Of a stretch of DNA of 64,000 nucleotides, positions 1 through 14,281 are shown one piece after another. Source of the DNA: Octopus vulgaris (Eukaryota); assembly GCA_951406725.2 (NCBI GenBank), contig OX597825.1:80042001-80106000 (forward strand), written 5' to 3'. Numbering within the stretch: the stretch's first letter is position 1; every line of letters begins with the position of its first letter. The position numbers were made by a program, and so were the translations under genes. The notes beneath the pieces were generated by a model, which ran no database searches, was not told where the DNA came from, and saw only the letters and a program-made list of their open reading frames with translations.

Positions 1-20
1 AAGATTGATTATTATTGAGA

Positions 21-55
<35 letters not shown>

Positions 56-268
56 GGCAGACAGAGAAGCAGTATTTAAGGAGGAAGGAGTAGAGAAAGG
101 GGACGGGAACGAGGGAGAGGTAGGAAATATTCGGGGAATTTGGAAGCAAAAGAGATAAAAACACATCTCGGTCAATAATGATGAGTTCCATGTGGTCATT
201 CACACTCGTGCTTGGAAGATATAGCAGCCAAATCTGTCTAAAATTATACTAACACCACCACGGCCGCC

Positions 269-383
<115 letters not shown>

Positions 384-1715
384 CCGTGGAGATTAGGGTC
401 TGGGGTCTTTTGACTCATAGGGCGGCTACTCGGTTTCCTGTGGCATCTAAGTGACCAGGATCGCAATATACCCTTGGCTGAGTCGACTCATTTGCAGCTG
501 AGGAAAATGAAGCGTTTTTGTTCAAGGACACAACGCACAGCTTCGCCTGGGAATCGAAACCACGAACTTGCGATCGAGCGTGCAACACTCTAACCAGTAG
601 GCCAAGTACCTTCACCAAATTGCACCATATTGTTTGAAAAAAAGAAACCACCGATTCAACAATGTAGTCACAGAAGTACCAAAAAAAAAAAAACGAGATG
701 ATCATGGATTGAACGCCTTCGTTAGGGTTAGCATTGTTTCATTTTAAAAGTTTCGATTATGTCTGTTGTCGGTTTCATTCCATAGTTAAGGTTGTTTAAA
801 GTGTCACACTCGAGCACACGTCATGACAAACAGTCATATTATCGATAGCAATAGCAATTATAACTGATGCAGCGAGCGATGTCTTCCCACTGAAGAGGTC
901 CAACGGACCGAATTCACGTGATACGGGAATTCGCGCGGCCATGACAGATGAATGTCGTCTGCTACGATCTATATGTCACCAAGCGGCCAAATGAGAAAGT
1001 CTCTCAAGGCTAATGACGCAGTATTCGATAGTCTAACAAGATATTCATGATAAGTTGAATATAAAGATTACCTTATGGCATTAGTACTGCTTCCCTCGCC
1101 AAGTTACTTATGATTTTACTCAACACATTCTCCTCTCAGATTCACACATTTATTGCAGTGGTTCTTCAGTTTTTCTAAACCCAGTCAAAGAACTTGGAAG
1201 GTTGGGCCTCCAACCAAGTTTTCACGATACTCTTAAAGCCAGGAACTTTTCAGCAGCCCCTCATATGGTACTTGCCTGGATACTTTATCCCTATCTATTT
1301 ATACAAAATAGAGAAAAAGTATACAGGCGGCTACCATACGCGCATTCAGTTATAACCCAGGTTATGACTAACCGCATTGCGTTGTACTTTTAGCGTGCTA
1401 TCTAACTCTAAATCTAACCCTAAACTCTAGACCCTAACCATAATCCAAACCCACCTCAGGTAATTTCACGGCGTACCCTACGCATACTACGATTGGCCGT
1501 ACACGCTAAGGTAACACCGTTATATATGCGATATGATATATTATATATAGCGGGCCAAGACAAATGTAAAAAAAAAAAAAATGAAAACGAGGCCATACAA
1601 AAACAAAAAATGGCTAATTCCCGTCCTGCATATGATTAAATGAAAATAAGCAAAGAAGCTAATTAGAAAATCTCTTATAAGAGATGAAAGTAGTAACTAT
1701 ACTGAGAAATAATGT

Positions 1716-1992
1716 TTGTCGCCACTTCAACATAGCTGCTCCGTACAAACCGACATTACTGCCATTTTTTAACCCCAAGAGGACGCTTCCTCTAGCTGGT
1801 TATCGTCGCAATCTGCACCCGATATATATTGCAAGCAGGGGAACTAGAAGATGGTATGGGTTCGCTCCCCTACTCGCAATATATATTGGTGCAGATTGCA
1901 TCGATAACCAACAAGAGGAGTCGTCCTCTTGGGGGTTAAAAAATGGCAGTAACGTCGGTTCGTACGGAACAGCCATGTTGAAGTGGCAACAA
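1716..1992. repeat. Long foldback inverted repeat (arms of about 130 bp)
   Basis: 1716-1843 is the reverse complement of about 1860-1992. The ORFs 1684+ and 1800- share peptide text (PYKPTLLPFFNP / PYEPTLLPFFNP) for this reason. Confidence 0.85.
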
Positions 1993-2228
1993 TCTTTACT
2001 TCGAAAAAAAATATTCCTATTAGAATAACGTGTCACGAGTTCGAATTTCGTCAAGGTCAGCTTTACCTGTTACCCTTTCAGAGTCGATGGAATAAAATAC
2101 CAGCCACATTCTAAAATCAATGTAATCGTCTGTTCCTTTCCCTTGATAAATTGTTGGCTTCAGGCCAGAATTAAGTGATGGAAATGGATATTAGGGACTA
2201 CGGTTGGTGTTACGCTAAGGCCTTAGAG

Positions 2229-2410
2229 CAGGGGACCCCAAATTTTTTAGACCATCAAGCCCTTCATGGAATCCTTGCCCCCCATCGACCCCCTTCCCCA
2301 GGCTGTACAAGAAAAAAAATAATAAAGATTAAGTAATGTGAATTTATTGACCCCCTGAATGGTCCCATCGACCCCCCAGGGGTCGATGTCGACCACTTTG
2401 GAGACTCCTG
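2229..2410. mobile_element. hAT (Charlie-like) MITE
   Basis: TIRs CAGGGGACCCCAAA / TTTGGAGACTCCTG, flanked by near-identical 8-bp CCTTAGAG / CCTTGAAG target duplication. Confidence 0.75.
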
Positions 2411-3326
2411 CCTTGAAGGCTGGTGTTGGGGAGGTGAGACAAGACATTATAAGCTATTACCCAGCTTCAGGAGTTGAAAAGTAAAATACCATCACCCTAC
2501 CTATCCCCACTTCATACACACACCCCATTTCTATCAATGTAAAAATAGGAGATTTGTTGTGTTGTTCTGCGGGGATTATAACAGCAAACTAAATGTTCGG
2601 GGGTAAAAGTATTCCATAGTCGCCTTTGGCACCAAAATCACCTTTCTCTGTCGATATAAGCGATATTTCCTTGTATCTTATCTCAGAAAAATGCTTTTCA
2701 ATACACTGTTTAGTCACAAGATCTCACCATATCAATGTCAAAAAGAAACACACACGTACACACTTAATGCCCACTGTAGATACACACACACACATGCACA
2801 CATACACATACACATATGTATGTGCGTGCGTGCGTGCGTGCGTGCGTTCGTACGTGCGTTCGTGCGTGTGTGTATCATCTACAGTTCAGGTGAAAAAAAA
2901 GAGAAACGTGCTATTTTCTGCGAATGCCACAGTTTCTAAAAATAATTGTTCGTTTAACCTTACCCTAAACATAAACATCATACGTGCTGACTTAAAACTT
3001 CCGTTTTTCTTTATTGTCTTTTTCCACCTTCGAACGTCTGCAACTCGCTGGTTCGTGTTTTGTTGTTTATCTATTTATCAGTCTAGATTCCTTTATCTAG
3101 ATTTCGAGCTAAAGGTAAAGCTTCGAAATTAGATACAGGAACGCGTTCTCTCAGAATCTATAATCTCTATCAGCCGAAAGAATTATTGTGAAAATCGACA
3201 ACGTTTAATTATTTGTCCTTGTTTGGGTTTGCCATATCTAAAACGGTTGGAATCCAAGACATCTCCACAGGCAGGAGCTACAATCCTCCGGGCGTTCACC
3301 CAACATGCACACTCTAGGTCTTTGGC

Positions 3327-3327
<1 letters not shown>

Positions 3328-3410
<83 letters not shown>

Positions 3411-3503
3411 CGTGCGTGTGTATGCGCGTGTGTGTACATATATATACCTGTAGATAGACAGATGGATAGATAGATAGATAGATAGATAGATTGATTGATT
3501 GAT
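3328..3503. repeat. (TG)n plus (GATA)n/(GATT)n microsatellite
   Basis: Seen directly. Similar TA/CA tracts at about 4900-4962, 6300-6422, 7175-7320, 19837-19931 and 20724-20770. Confidence 0.95.
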
Positions 3504-4288
3504 GAAAATTAAAAATGAAAAAGCGAAACATCTGGTATCACTCGAAAACATTTAATTTAGACAGAAAATACAAACAGTTGGAGTCTCTTACAGCTGTTTC
3601 TGGAATAGCTAAGCATGTGGACCTTGATATTGAGTAAAGATTTCATAAGCTAAGTATTCCGTCGTCGAAGGCGAAAAAGTCAGAAAAATATAAAAATGAA
3701 AAAGTATCCCCAATCAGGGCTATCAGTTTTTCCCACTGTCAAAAGTGAAGGAAGAATCATAATGAAATAGATATGCGTAACGCAGATCCATCAAACATTC
3801 TCATTTGAAACTGCTAATGGACCTTATCTCCAGCTTTATTTCGTATCCAATCATGAATCTGTGTAATTCATATCTATTCCACTCTGATTCTTCCTTTGAC
3901 AAACTAGAGAGTACTAATATCCCCGATTGGAGGTAATCCTTCGTTTTTATAATTTCCTGACTTCTCTCTCACCGATGACGGTTTACCTAGCTTATGGAAT
4001 CTCTATTCAATATTATGATCCACATGCTTGACTATTCTAGAAACAGCTGTAAGGACTTTGTTTATATTCTCTACTGTCAAATTGTTTGCCTTTTCCTTTT
4101 GTCTTTCAATCAATATCCACCCGCTCAAAGAGAAACCACTTCTAGCCACCTTCGATTGGCAGTCTTAACACAACATTTTTTAATTGCAGTCCAAGCTGGA
4201 GTTTTAGGGGTAAAACAAACTGAGCATTCATAGTATATACCGGCAATATAACGTCAGTTGACGACGAAAACTGCTATTCTCTCTCTCC

Positions 4289-4351
<63 letters not shown>

Positions 4352-4694
4352 TAAGGGTAAAGACCCCCTTCGGACATCAATGACCATGGGATTGCACCTA
4401 GATAGTTACCCTCCAAGGCACAAGTCTGGGCAAGGTTATTCTATGGACAACCAGCAGTTGCCCATGCATACCAGCCTCCACTCTCCATGCCACTGATGTT
4501 ATCCAAGAGAAAGGCAAAGGGGCTGATACAGCTTGGCACCAAGAGACGTCGCAACTCATTTCTACAGCTGAGTGAACTGGAGCGACGAGAAATAAAGTGT
4601 CTTGCTCAAGAACACAACACAGAGCCCGATCCGGGGATCGAACTCACTACCTCATGAATGTGAGCCCAACGCTCTAACCACTGAGCCGTGCGCC

Positions 4695-4740
<46 letters not shown>

Positions 4741-4897
4741 TACGCATATATACAGTGTATATATATATACATATGTATATATGTACAATATATGTTTATA
4801 TGTACAGTATATGTTTATATATTATATACTAATACATCTGTTTGTTTGTACACCACCTGCCTTCGTCTTTTGTTTATTTTCGTAAACTTTCCCTTTT

Positions 4898-4965
<68 letters not shown>

Positions 4966-5708
4966 GCATGTTTGTATGTATGTAAGCAATGGAAACCGAA
5001 ATTTCGGACTCGGAGAATTTTGAAAAACTCTTCCCATACGCAAATTTGACTCCTGAATCAAGGAGGTATCCTGTAAAACACGAGCGTTCAGTAGCCCTAT
5101 CATTGTTTTATCTTTCACCTATCGCCATCGCTTTTTCGTTCACGCCTTAGGGCTTGTAGCCAATACAAGCAATTCCTACAGGATGTCAAACAAAATACTT
5201 TGCGGTCTTTGTTACGGCTTTCGACATTGTTTTGTGTTTGTAGGTAGTCGAGCCCCAACTGCAAAATCAACAGTTTGCGATCATGAGAACGCCACTATTG
5301 TTCCACGTGATTGATCTATAAACCGACTAATCAGCGTGGAGCTGTGACATCGTATGGGTTTCTCGAATATTCTGTTACGTGCCTTTTTACACTAGTTAAA
5401 CAGTTTGGCGCCTTATGCACAGCAGACCACTTCGGGTACTCAAGCATAGCAGACCACAATTAGCCTTTAAGCACAAAGATCACAGGTTGCCTTCAACAAT
5501 TCTCTTCTCCAAGTTTCAACAATATGCGGCAGCATTTGTACCGACATTTTTTCCCTTCCAGGTAGATAATGCCTGAGCCGACGCAATAACTCTATTCTTG
5601 CTTATTATTCTGATAACCAGTGAATCTGTGATAATTTCTGTATTTATATGCGTGAGTTTGCTTTATTTATAAATACATGCAGCCACCCAGTCTTTCGTTC
5701 GGTTAAAG

Positions 5709-5986
5709 CAGTGGTTCCCAAAGTGGGTGGTATTGCACCCCTGGGGGCGATGGAAAGTCCCTAGGGGGCGTTGAAGAAAAGTGAAGCGGTAATGGGGTGG
5801 CGATCCGTGTAAAAAGCAACAAAATCATGGCTTCATTAAGTTAAGTTTTATTTGTGAAATACAGTTGCTTTGAATTTGCTTCAGAAAGGGGTCTATGTTT
5901 GTGATGGTTAGTTGGGGTGAAGGGGCACTAGGAATGTGACCTGGGTGTCAAGGGGGTGGCAGCCCGAAAATGTTTGGGAACCACTG
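5709..5986. mobile_element. hAT (Charlie-like) MITE
   Basis: Perfect 14-bp TIRs CAGTGGTTCCCAAA / TTTGGGAACCACTG. TSD not conserved. Confidence 0.75.
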
Positions 5987-6296
5987 AGTCATTCTTTCTA
6001 ACGACCAACCACTTTATGATGGTCTTCACAAAAATATCTAAGCCCATGACGAGTGTTCAAGTCCCTTTCCATAACAACTTTGCCTTTCATCTTTTCGGAA
6101 TCGAGAGAATAAAGAACTGGTTAAGTCTTCGAGGTCAATGGTATTCACCAAAATCTCCCCTTCAAGCCTGCTGGTCGTGTGCCAAATTTGATAACGTAAA
6201 GGTGCATCGAGATGTAGAATGGTTAGAGCACCGGAAAACATACCGGGTGGTGTTTGATCAGGTAACGTATATTCTGAGTGCAAAGCACACTGGTGT

Positions 6297-6351
<55 letters not shown>

Positions 6352-6921
6352 ATACATATATGTGTGTGTGTGTGTGCGTGCGCGCGTGTGTGTGTGCGTG
6401 CGCGCGCGCGTGTGTGTGTGTGTAGTGGGCATATATGTTCAGTATCAAGTATTGATATGGCTGCGTGTATATTATTACAAGAATTCTTACAGAGAAGAAG
6501 AAATGTAAGAACTATACATTTACTGCATTAAAATATATTTAATTTATTTGTCGACGATGAAACATGATCAAAATATGGAATCCAGTTGAATGAAGTAATC
6601 TATGCAAGAAAGTTCAAAGACAGAAAATCTAGAAATAACAGCTAAGTGGTAGTTTTCAGTCATTTGGCGTAGAAAAATAGACGGACATAGCAACGACGTG
6701 AATGGCTCTAAGTCTAATCGACTAAGAAGCAAAGAGCTGGGTTAGCAAGCTGTTTTTATTCATGGAACGCTAGACATTCTAGAAACTTCCAAGAGAAACG
6801 CTAAGCTTCTTGCATAATTCAGAATTACGTCACATGACACAGATGCTTCGAGAAACTTAGAAAGGGCGGTTACTCTATAATCTTTCTCGCAAGGGAGATC
6901 TTTCAACTATCTAGCTACTGC

Positions 6922-6954
<33 letters not shown>

Positions 6955-7174
6955 GCCCGAAGTCAGAATGCCATGTTAGATCGTTAGCTCCTACACGCAT
7001 TTTTTCTCTCTTTATTTCTCTCCTTGTTTTTTTCTGTGTATCTTTCTGTCGAAGAGCGTAGGCTCGAAGTGTAAAAGACTTGTTCTATTTCTATTCCTGA
7101 GCGCCATACTAATACATTTGTTTTTTTGTACTCCTCCTGCCTTCGTCTTTTGTTTATTTTCGTAAACTTTCCCG

Positions 7175-7230
<56 letters not shown>

Positions 7231-9262
7231 TACATAGATATATATATACACATACACACACACATATATATATACACGCACGCACGCACGCACACACACA
7301 CACATATACACATACATATATTGTTTGTAGATTTAATATAGGAAGAATCAACAAAAAAATGTGCTCCATTCAGTGAGAGATAAATATCAATTTAATACAA
7401 AGTTACGGAAAAGTTACGAATAGTTTCATGCTTAACGATACTTTAAATTGGCAAATTCATAAAACACGCCATGCATCTCCAAGCAATCTTTCAGGCTTTG
7501 TTCATGCGTTGGATGCATTTAAAAACCAGGACGCTGGACTGTGAGAAAATGAGGAAAAAAAAAAGGAACGAGAAGAAAAAATCGCGAAGAAGGTTGATGC
7601 AAGAAGTGGAAAGAGAAGAAAGAAAAGTAAAGTAAGAAAACCAAGATCTTCGTCCTCTTTGGCTGTAGAAACTATAATTAATGTAACTGGTGCAAAATAA
7701 TATAACAGAAACTGATGTAACTTTAAGTTAGAATAATATAATTTTCAAAAATAGAAATGTTATAATTACTAAATCTCTCTAAAGGATAGATACAGCAGCA
7801 GTACTGTGTATTAATATCTATTACCAAACTATTCGAGGTCGACTTTGCCTTTCATCCTTTTGGGGTCAATAAATTAAGTACCAGTTGCGTACTGGAGTCG
7901 ATCTAATAGTCTGGCCGCCTCCCCACAAAATTTCGGGCTTTGAGCCGAGAGTAGAAAAGAATATTTATCAGGAACAGGCGGCGAGCTGGCAGAATCGTTA
8001 GCACGCCGGTCGAAATGCCTAGCTGTATTTCGTCTGTCGCTACGTTCTGAGTTCAAATTTCGACGAGGTCGACTTTGCCTTTCATCCTTTCGATTAAATA
8101 AGTACCAGTTACTCACTGCTGTTGATTAGCTCCAAGAGGCGATCGCCTCTAGCTAGCTATATGATGCACGAACCTGTGTCCGATAATTTTCATTTATTTC
8201 AAATCATATTTAATTATTTCAAAAGACTTTCAAAATATATTCGAATTACATTGTTTGGCAGACATCATCAAAAGGGAATTTGTAATATGTTCAAATATCT
8301 CATATCAACACAATATATGTAACTGAAATTGTTTCACTGTCTTTCTTATCTAAGTTTATCGTCAAATTAAAATAACATAATTTCCGTTAACAAGGATGGG
8401 CAATCAAGGCTGAAGTAATCAACGAAAATATTCAACAGCAGCATAGTTTCCATGTTTGGCGGGAGTTACTTCTTTAACTTAACGGTCGTTTGACAATAGA
8501 AATATGGTAGCTTTTTTTATTGCCCACAAGGGGCTAAACATAGAAGGGACAAATAAAGACAGGCAAAGGGATTAAGTTGATTACATTGACTCCAGTGAGT
8601 AACTGGTATTTATTTAATCGACCCCGAAAGTATGAAAGGCAAAGTCGACCTCGTCGAAATTTGAACTCATTCTGCCAGCTCGCCGCCTATTCCTGATAAA
8701 TGTTCTTTTCTACTGTCGGCTCAAAGCCCGAAATTTTGTGGGGAGGGGGCCAGTCGATTAGATCGACCCCAGTACGCAACTGGTACTTAATTTATTGATC
8801 CCGAAAGGATGAAAGGCAAAGTCGACCTCGGCGAAATTTGAACTCAGATCGTAGCGATAGACGAAATGCCTATTTCTTTACTACCCACAAGGGGCTAAAC
8901 ACAGAGAGGACAAACAAGGACAGACAAACGGATTAAGTCGACTACATCGACCCCAGTGCGTAACTGGTACTAAATTTATCGACCCCGAAAGGATGAAAGG
9001 CAAAGTCGACCTCGGCGGAATTTGAACTCAGAATGCAACGGCAGACGAAATACAGCTACGCATTTCGCCCAGCGTGCTAACGATTCTACCAGCTCGCCGC
9101 CTATTCCTGATACATGTTGCAATAAATATTTTACTATATGAGTAATATTTTTATTTAGTGGAGATATATATTGGAGATTTTTTAAAACGAAAACTGTGGT
9201 TTGTAAAAGTTTCAGAAAACTTATATCATTAACCCTCTGTCTACCAATGGGTCCAAAGGATC

Positions 9263-9297
<35 letters not shown>

Positions 9298-9699
9298 TTT
9301 CCCTACTGTTTATATTATTTGATTCTGCTGATTTCTCGTGAGTCTTATTTTTTCTTGACTCTCTTTTATTTGTCGAATGGGAAATTTTCCGTATGTTTAT
9401 AAAAGCTAGAAAATTTCACTTTATGCATTAATCACCGTATGGGTCCATTGGACTCTCAAATTAAATTCTGAAAATACTTTTGTCATTTTAAACAATAAAA
9501 GCAGTATCAAATATTTTCCTAGATATTTATCAGATATAAAATAAAATTGTATTCGATTTATTTGCTGAATTTTAGATGAAATAGGAATAATTATAAAACT
9601 ATTCCTGTAAATGTGTGTGGTATTGCATCATCTTCAACCTGCTAGGTTATAGGGTGATGCAATTCTTACAATACATTGCATCATCTTTCAGGAGAGTAT

Positions 9700-10581
9700 A
9701 AATACGTGAGAGAGCAATATCTGCCTTTAGTCTGCTATCAAGCTTCATGTAGTTCAGTTGTGCTTTCCAATATACCTAGACGTGGAAACTTGAGTGAAAA
9801 CCAAGTTAAGAATATTCTGCACTGTGAAGTTGGCATGACAAAGGTTTCTGCTTGGTCATGTTTCTGACACGTGATCCAAAAGTGCTCCAGCTGATCACAC
9901 CATGGGAAGATCTGACAGTGTTTGAGGCAGATCCAGCTGGTTTCTTTCAATGTTTCCGAACTCAGAATGAGTGTTGAGTTCATCACTTCTAGCCAGAGAC
10001 AAAGAGACAATCCACGGAGTGAAAACACTCCTCCTCGCCTGCTTCAAATAAAGCCAAGGTTGTTTTATCTGCAGGGAAGGTGATGGCACCAGCGTAGCTA
10101 GAGTGAGCCGCCCGGGGCGGCCCTTTTTCCATCAATGAAGAATACTACGCCAACTTGCTGAGGCAGTTACGAAAGTCTATCAAGACCAAACAGCCAAGAA
10201 AACTGGTGAAAGATGTCTTGTCGCATCAGGACATGCTCCAGCATACAAATGCTTGGTTTCAATGGCTGCTGTGCGTGACTGTGGCTTTGAACTGCTTGAC
10301 TGCCCTCCATATTCACCTAATTTCGCCCCATATGGCTATTATCCGTTCACCTGCGAACCAGTATTGCAGTGATGAGTGATGATGACGTCATATCTCCTGT
10401 TTATGACTTTTTTTTTTACCAACAGGATGAAAGCTTCTTCACCATTGGGATCCAAGCAATGGAATCCGATGGAAGAAGTGCCTTGACCGGAAGGAGATCT
10501 GTGCTGAAAAATAAACCCCATTTGGTCACCTTCCATGAGATTATCTTGGTCATCTTATGAACTTTTCAGCCAACTCTCGTA
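9700..10581 (+). mobile_element. Degenerate mariner transposon (3' part)
   Basis: Fragments resembling HQDNAPAH (10224-10250) and PPYSPDLAP (near 10303). Ends in mariner-like TIR ...ATGAACTTTTCAGCCAACTCTCG|TA. Related pieces at about 1130-1265 (+) and 40490-40760 (-). Confidence 0.7.
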
Positions 10582-13342
10582 CAATAGTGTTGAATATGTA
10601 CTTTATAAAGGAGTTGGTGCGGCGGGCTCTATACGCTCCTTTGTAAAAGCGGGGTTTTTTGACAAAAGAAGTCATTTTGATACGTAGCTAAATATTAGTT
10701 TCAGGAAACAAACGCAATAAAGAAAGGGATATGTTACTGGTCGATGGAATTTTCAACACGTGTCCAGATTCATTTGAAAGCAATGCCAGATTGGAGGCAT
10801 ATAAGTTAAACAATCTACAGCCTTAGTCTCACACAAGTCACAGGGACCTCGAAATATTGAACAGACATATGTTATCAGTTTTTTAAGAGACATTCTGGTG
10901 TAACTTTTTAACAATGGGTTTCTCAAACATTAATTTAGGACTTCACTACGTATAACTCCGTCACAATTTGAATGTCATTTCAGTCGATACCTTTGTCATT
11001 AGTATGAGCATTACAGCATCCAATCAGCCCTCTCTCTCTCTCTTTCTTCTGAGATATAAGGTCCCTAGTCGAAACCAAAGCAAAATTTAGATCTTAATGA
11101 GGGTTTCATAGAACAAGAAATCCTAGATTCTAAAATGTAGGAACATGAAAGCTTTCCGAAGTGGGTTAATTCTAATGATAATAATGTCTTCCTGGTTGTT
11201 TTTCCCAGTTTCATTCAACTCCGTTGGGTAATCACAGATATTTATATGGTCGCCTCAACTACTTCCGACTGTACTTATTGATATGGAAACCCACACGTAA
11301 AGCACGTTAAATATATGTGGCACTCCATCGGTTGCGACAACGTGGGTTCCAGTTGATCCAATCAACGGAACGGCCTACTCGTGAAATTAACGTGCAAGTG
11401 GCTGAGCATTCCACAGACACGTGTACCCTTAATGTAATTCTCAGGGAGATTCAGTGTGACACAGAGGTTGATAAAGCTGGCCCTTTGAAATACAGGTACA
11501 ACAAAAACAGGAAGAAAGAATGAAATAAAGTTGTGGTGAAAAAGTACAGCAGGGTTTTCTACCACCCCCTGTCGGAGCCTCATGGAACTTTAGATGTTTT
11601 CGCTCAATAAACACTCACAACGCCCAGTCTAGGAATCGAAACCGCTATCCTACGACCGCGAGTTCGCTGCACTAACCACAGGGCCATTGCGCCTCCACGC
11701 ACGTTAAATAATAGTAGCATTACTGTGATGTTCCACATTCACATTTTCAACACTGTGCTGAACGTGCCCATTGATCAGTAACCAGGACACATCCTCTAAA
11801 GCAGATACAATGGCAACGGTATGAACATTACACATCAATCCTATCTCCCATGTGGCACACTGCTTCGGTAACTCCGTCGTTTCTTGTACGTAACATTGCG
11901 ACTTGGTGTTTTTCTTCCTATGTTTTCATTGTTTTTATCCTACTTTATTGTTTAACTCTGATATCGGGTGGGTTTCCAAGGCGGCAGGCTGGCAGGACCG
12001 TTAACACACGGTACAAAATGCTTAGCGCTATCATCCGTCTTTGTGTTTTGAGTTCAAATTACCCCGAAATCGACTTTACCCTTCATTCTTTCGAAGTCGA
12101 TGAAATGAATACCAATTGAGCCCTTTTCAGGTCTTGATTCTACAGGAGAAAGGATTATTTAAACACCACTTCAGCCCTTTTCTCCTTTAAGCCACTTTCA
12201 AAATGTTTATTTTATCGACTTTCAGAAGCTTTTTAACGCAGTTTAATTTCTCTACTAAGGAATGATGTAGCTCAGTGTAACCGCTAATTATTACGAATGG
12301 CTAACATAATTGTTTGGACTATTGCCAGCGAAGTGTTACCTCTGTACTGTTGTCAAAGCAGTCGATTGCTGTTTCAGGTAAAACTAAACAAAGACCATGA
12401 AAGCAATGTTACAATGTATTAAATAAAGTCTTTGTCCACTTTCTTAAACAAAGTAATTACATAGAAAGACAAAAACGGTTTGGGTATTTTTATTGTATTT
12501 TTTATCTTCCTAAATGTAAAAACAAACAATGCACTCACACGAGTGCGCATGCACGCACGCACACGCTTCGAAGTCACTATCAACATTTTCTTTGTAGCAT
12601 GTAAATATTGCGTTGAAAAACCCTTTTCGGTTGCAAAAGTCGAAGGCTAGCAAAAAATCTGGGAAACTAAGAGAGCAGGAAATTATATCAGAACCGCTGG
12701 TACCTCGAACACTGTAGATATTATCTCCGACCGTTCTTTATTTCTAGCAAAAAAAGAGGAAAAAAAAAAGGAAAGAACTGGAACAGATCGTCAAGTTGGG
12801 CCATAAAGTCCGCTGTCAACGGTTCCTTTGTCAATGGTTCTTCCCACTCTAAGAACAGCACTGCCATTAGCTTTTCTGAAAACGTCATACATACCCCTAC
12901 ATATACCCCAGCACACCCGTACCAATCTGTCACAACAATTCTTCAGATTAATTCTTACACACTGCTGCCAAGATCTCATGCATTATTTCTCTGTTTTATT
13001 ATCGTTTGCATTTTCTTTCTATTATTTATTTCCAAGAGATTTTGTAGAACTCGAAGAACAAAGAATTCGAAATGACACAATACATTGTTTGACTTATTTG
13101 TACATTCCGTTACGTATTTATTTTGGTTTCAACGAGAGATAAATGAATTTTCCTGAAAGGTTTCGTTACGTGTAGGGTGGAGGGTTGCCTGTGTGTGTGC
13201 GCATGCGCATACATACACACACACACACACACGTACATACATACATGCACATACATAGACACGTTTGTGCGCGCGTGTGTATGCATGTATGTGTGTATGT
13301 GTGTACATTTTTATATACATGTTATATGTATAGAAAGAGAGA

Positions 13343-13668
13343 AGGCGCGTGGATTAGTGGTTAGGGCATTCGGCTCAGGAGCGTAAGGTCGTGAGTTCAA
13401 TTCCCGGCGACGCGTTGTGTCCTTGAGCAAGACACTTTATTTCATGTTGTTCCAGTTTACTCAGCTGGCAAAAAATGAGTAGTACCTGCATTTCAAAGGT
13501 CCGGCCTTGTCACATTCTGTCTCACGCTGAACCTCCCTGAGACCTACGTTAAGGGTATACGTGTCTGTGGAGTGCTCAGCCACTTGTACGTTATTTTCAC
13601 GAGCTGGCTGTTCCGTTGATCGTATCAACTGGGATCGTCGTCGTCGTCGTCGTAACCGAAGGAGTGCT
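13343..13668 (+). mobile_element. tRNA-derived SINE (family C)
   Basis: GGCGCGTGGATTAGTGGTTAGG A-box, GAGTTCAATTCCC B-box and GTTGTGTCCTTGAGCAAGACACTTT core. Relatives at about 384-612(-), 4355-4697(-), 11315-11490(-), 23990-24210, 48112-48420(-), 57435-57752(-) and 60820-61065. Confidence 0.8.
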
Positions 13669-14237
13669 CCTTCAGACAGAAAGAGAGAGCGAGAGGGAGA
13701 AATACAGGGAAGGAGGAAAAGGGGGAGGGAGAGAGAGAGAGAGAGCTGTATGTAGAGACGGAAATGTAAACGAGAAAGAGAGTGAAAGGAGAATGATATA
13801 ACATATTGCCGAGCATTTCTTGTTTTGCCGATCTTGGGATGATTACGAAAAATAGGAAACGAAATTTGGCAAAAGCGCCGGAGTGGCTGTGTAGTAAGTA
13901 GATTGCTGACCAGCCACATGGCTCCGGGTTCAGTCCCACTTGGGCAAGTCTCTCCTACTACAGCCTCGAGCCAACCAAAGCGTTGTGAGTGGATTTGGTA
14001 GACGGAAACTGAAAGAAACCCATTGTATATATACGGATTAGAAAAATAGTCGTTCGTTATGTTGCTTGTTTTGTTTTCCATTTGTTTCTTTCGTTGTTGC
14101 AAAAAAAGTTCATATTCCAGGTTTTCGTATTTCATGTTGTTTACGTTCCGTGACGTCCTGTGCCCACATGCATTTACGTATAGATGTATGTAAATACATG
14201 TATGTATATATGCATATATATATTATTTATATTATTT

Positions 14238-14281
<44 letters not shown>

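Noticed and set aside
1401-1452. Interstitial telomere-like (CCCTAA) repeats
   Set aside because: Only a few degenerate units, most likely internal to a small transposon; not a real telomeric array.
12600-13140. Possible exon or gene in non-repetitive sequence (ORFs 12721-, 12828+)
   Set aside because: No recognisable domain and no consistent splice-phase partners; cannot be supported from sequence alone.
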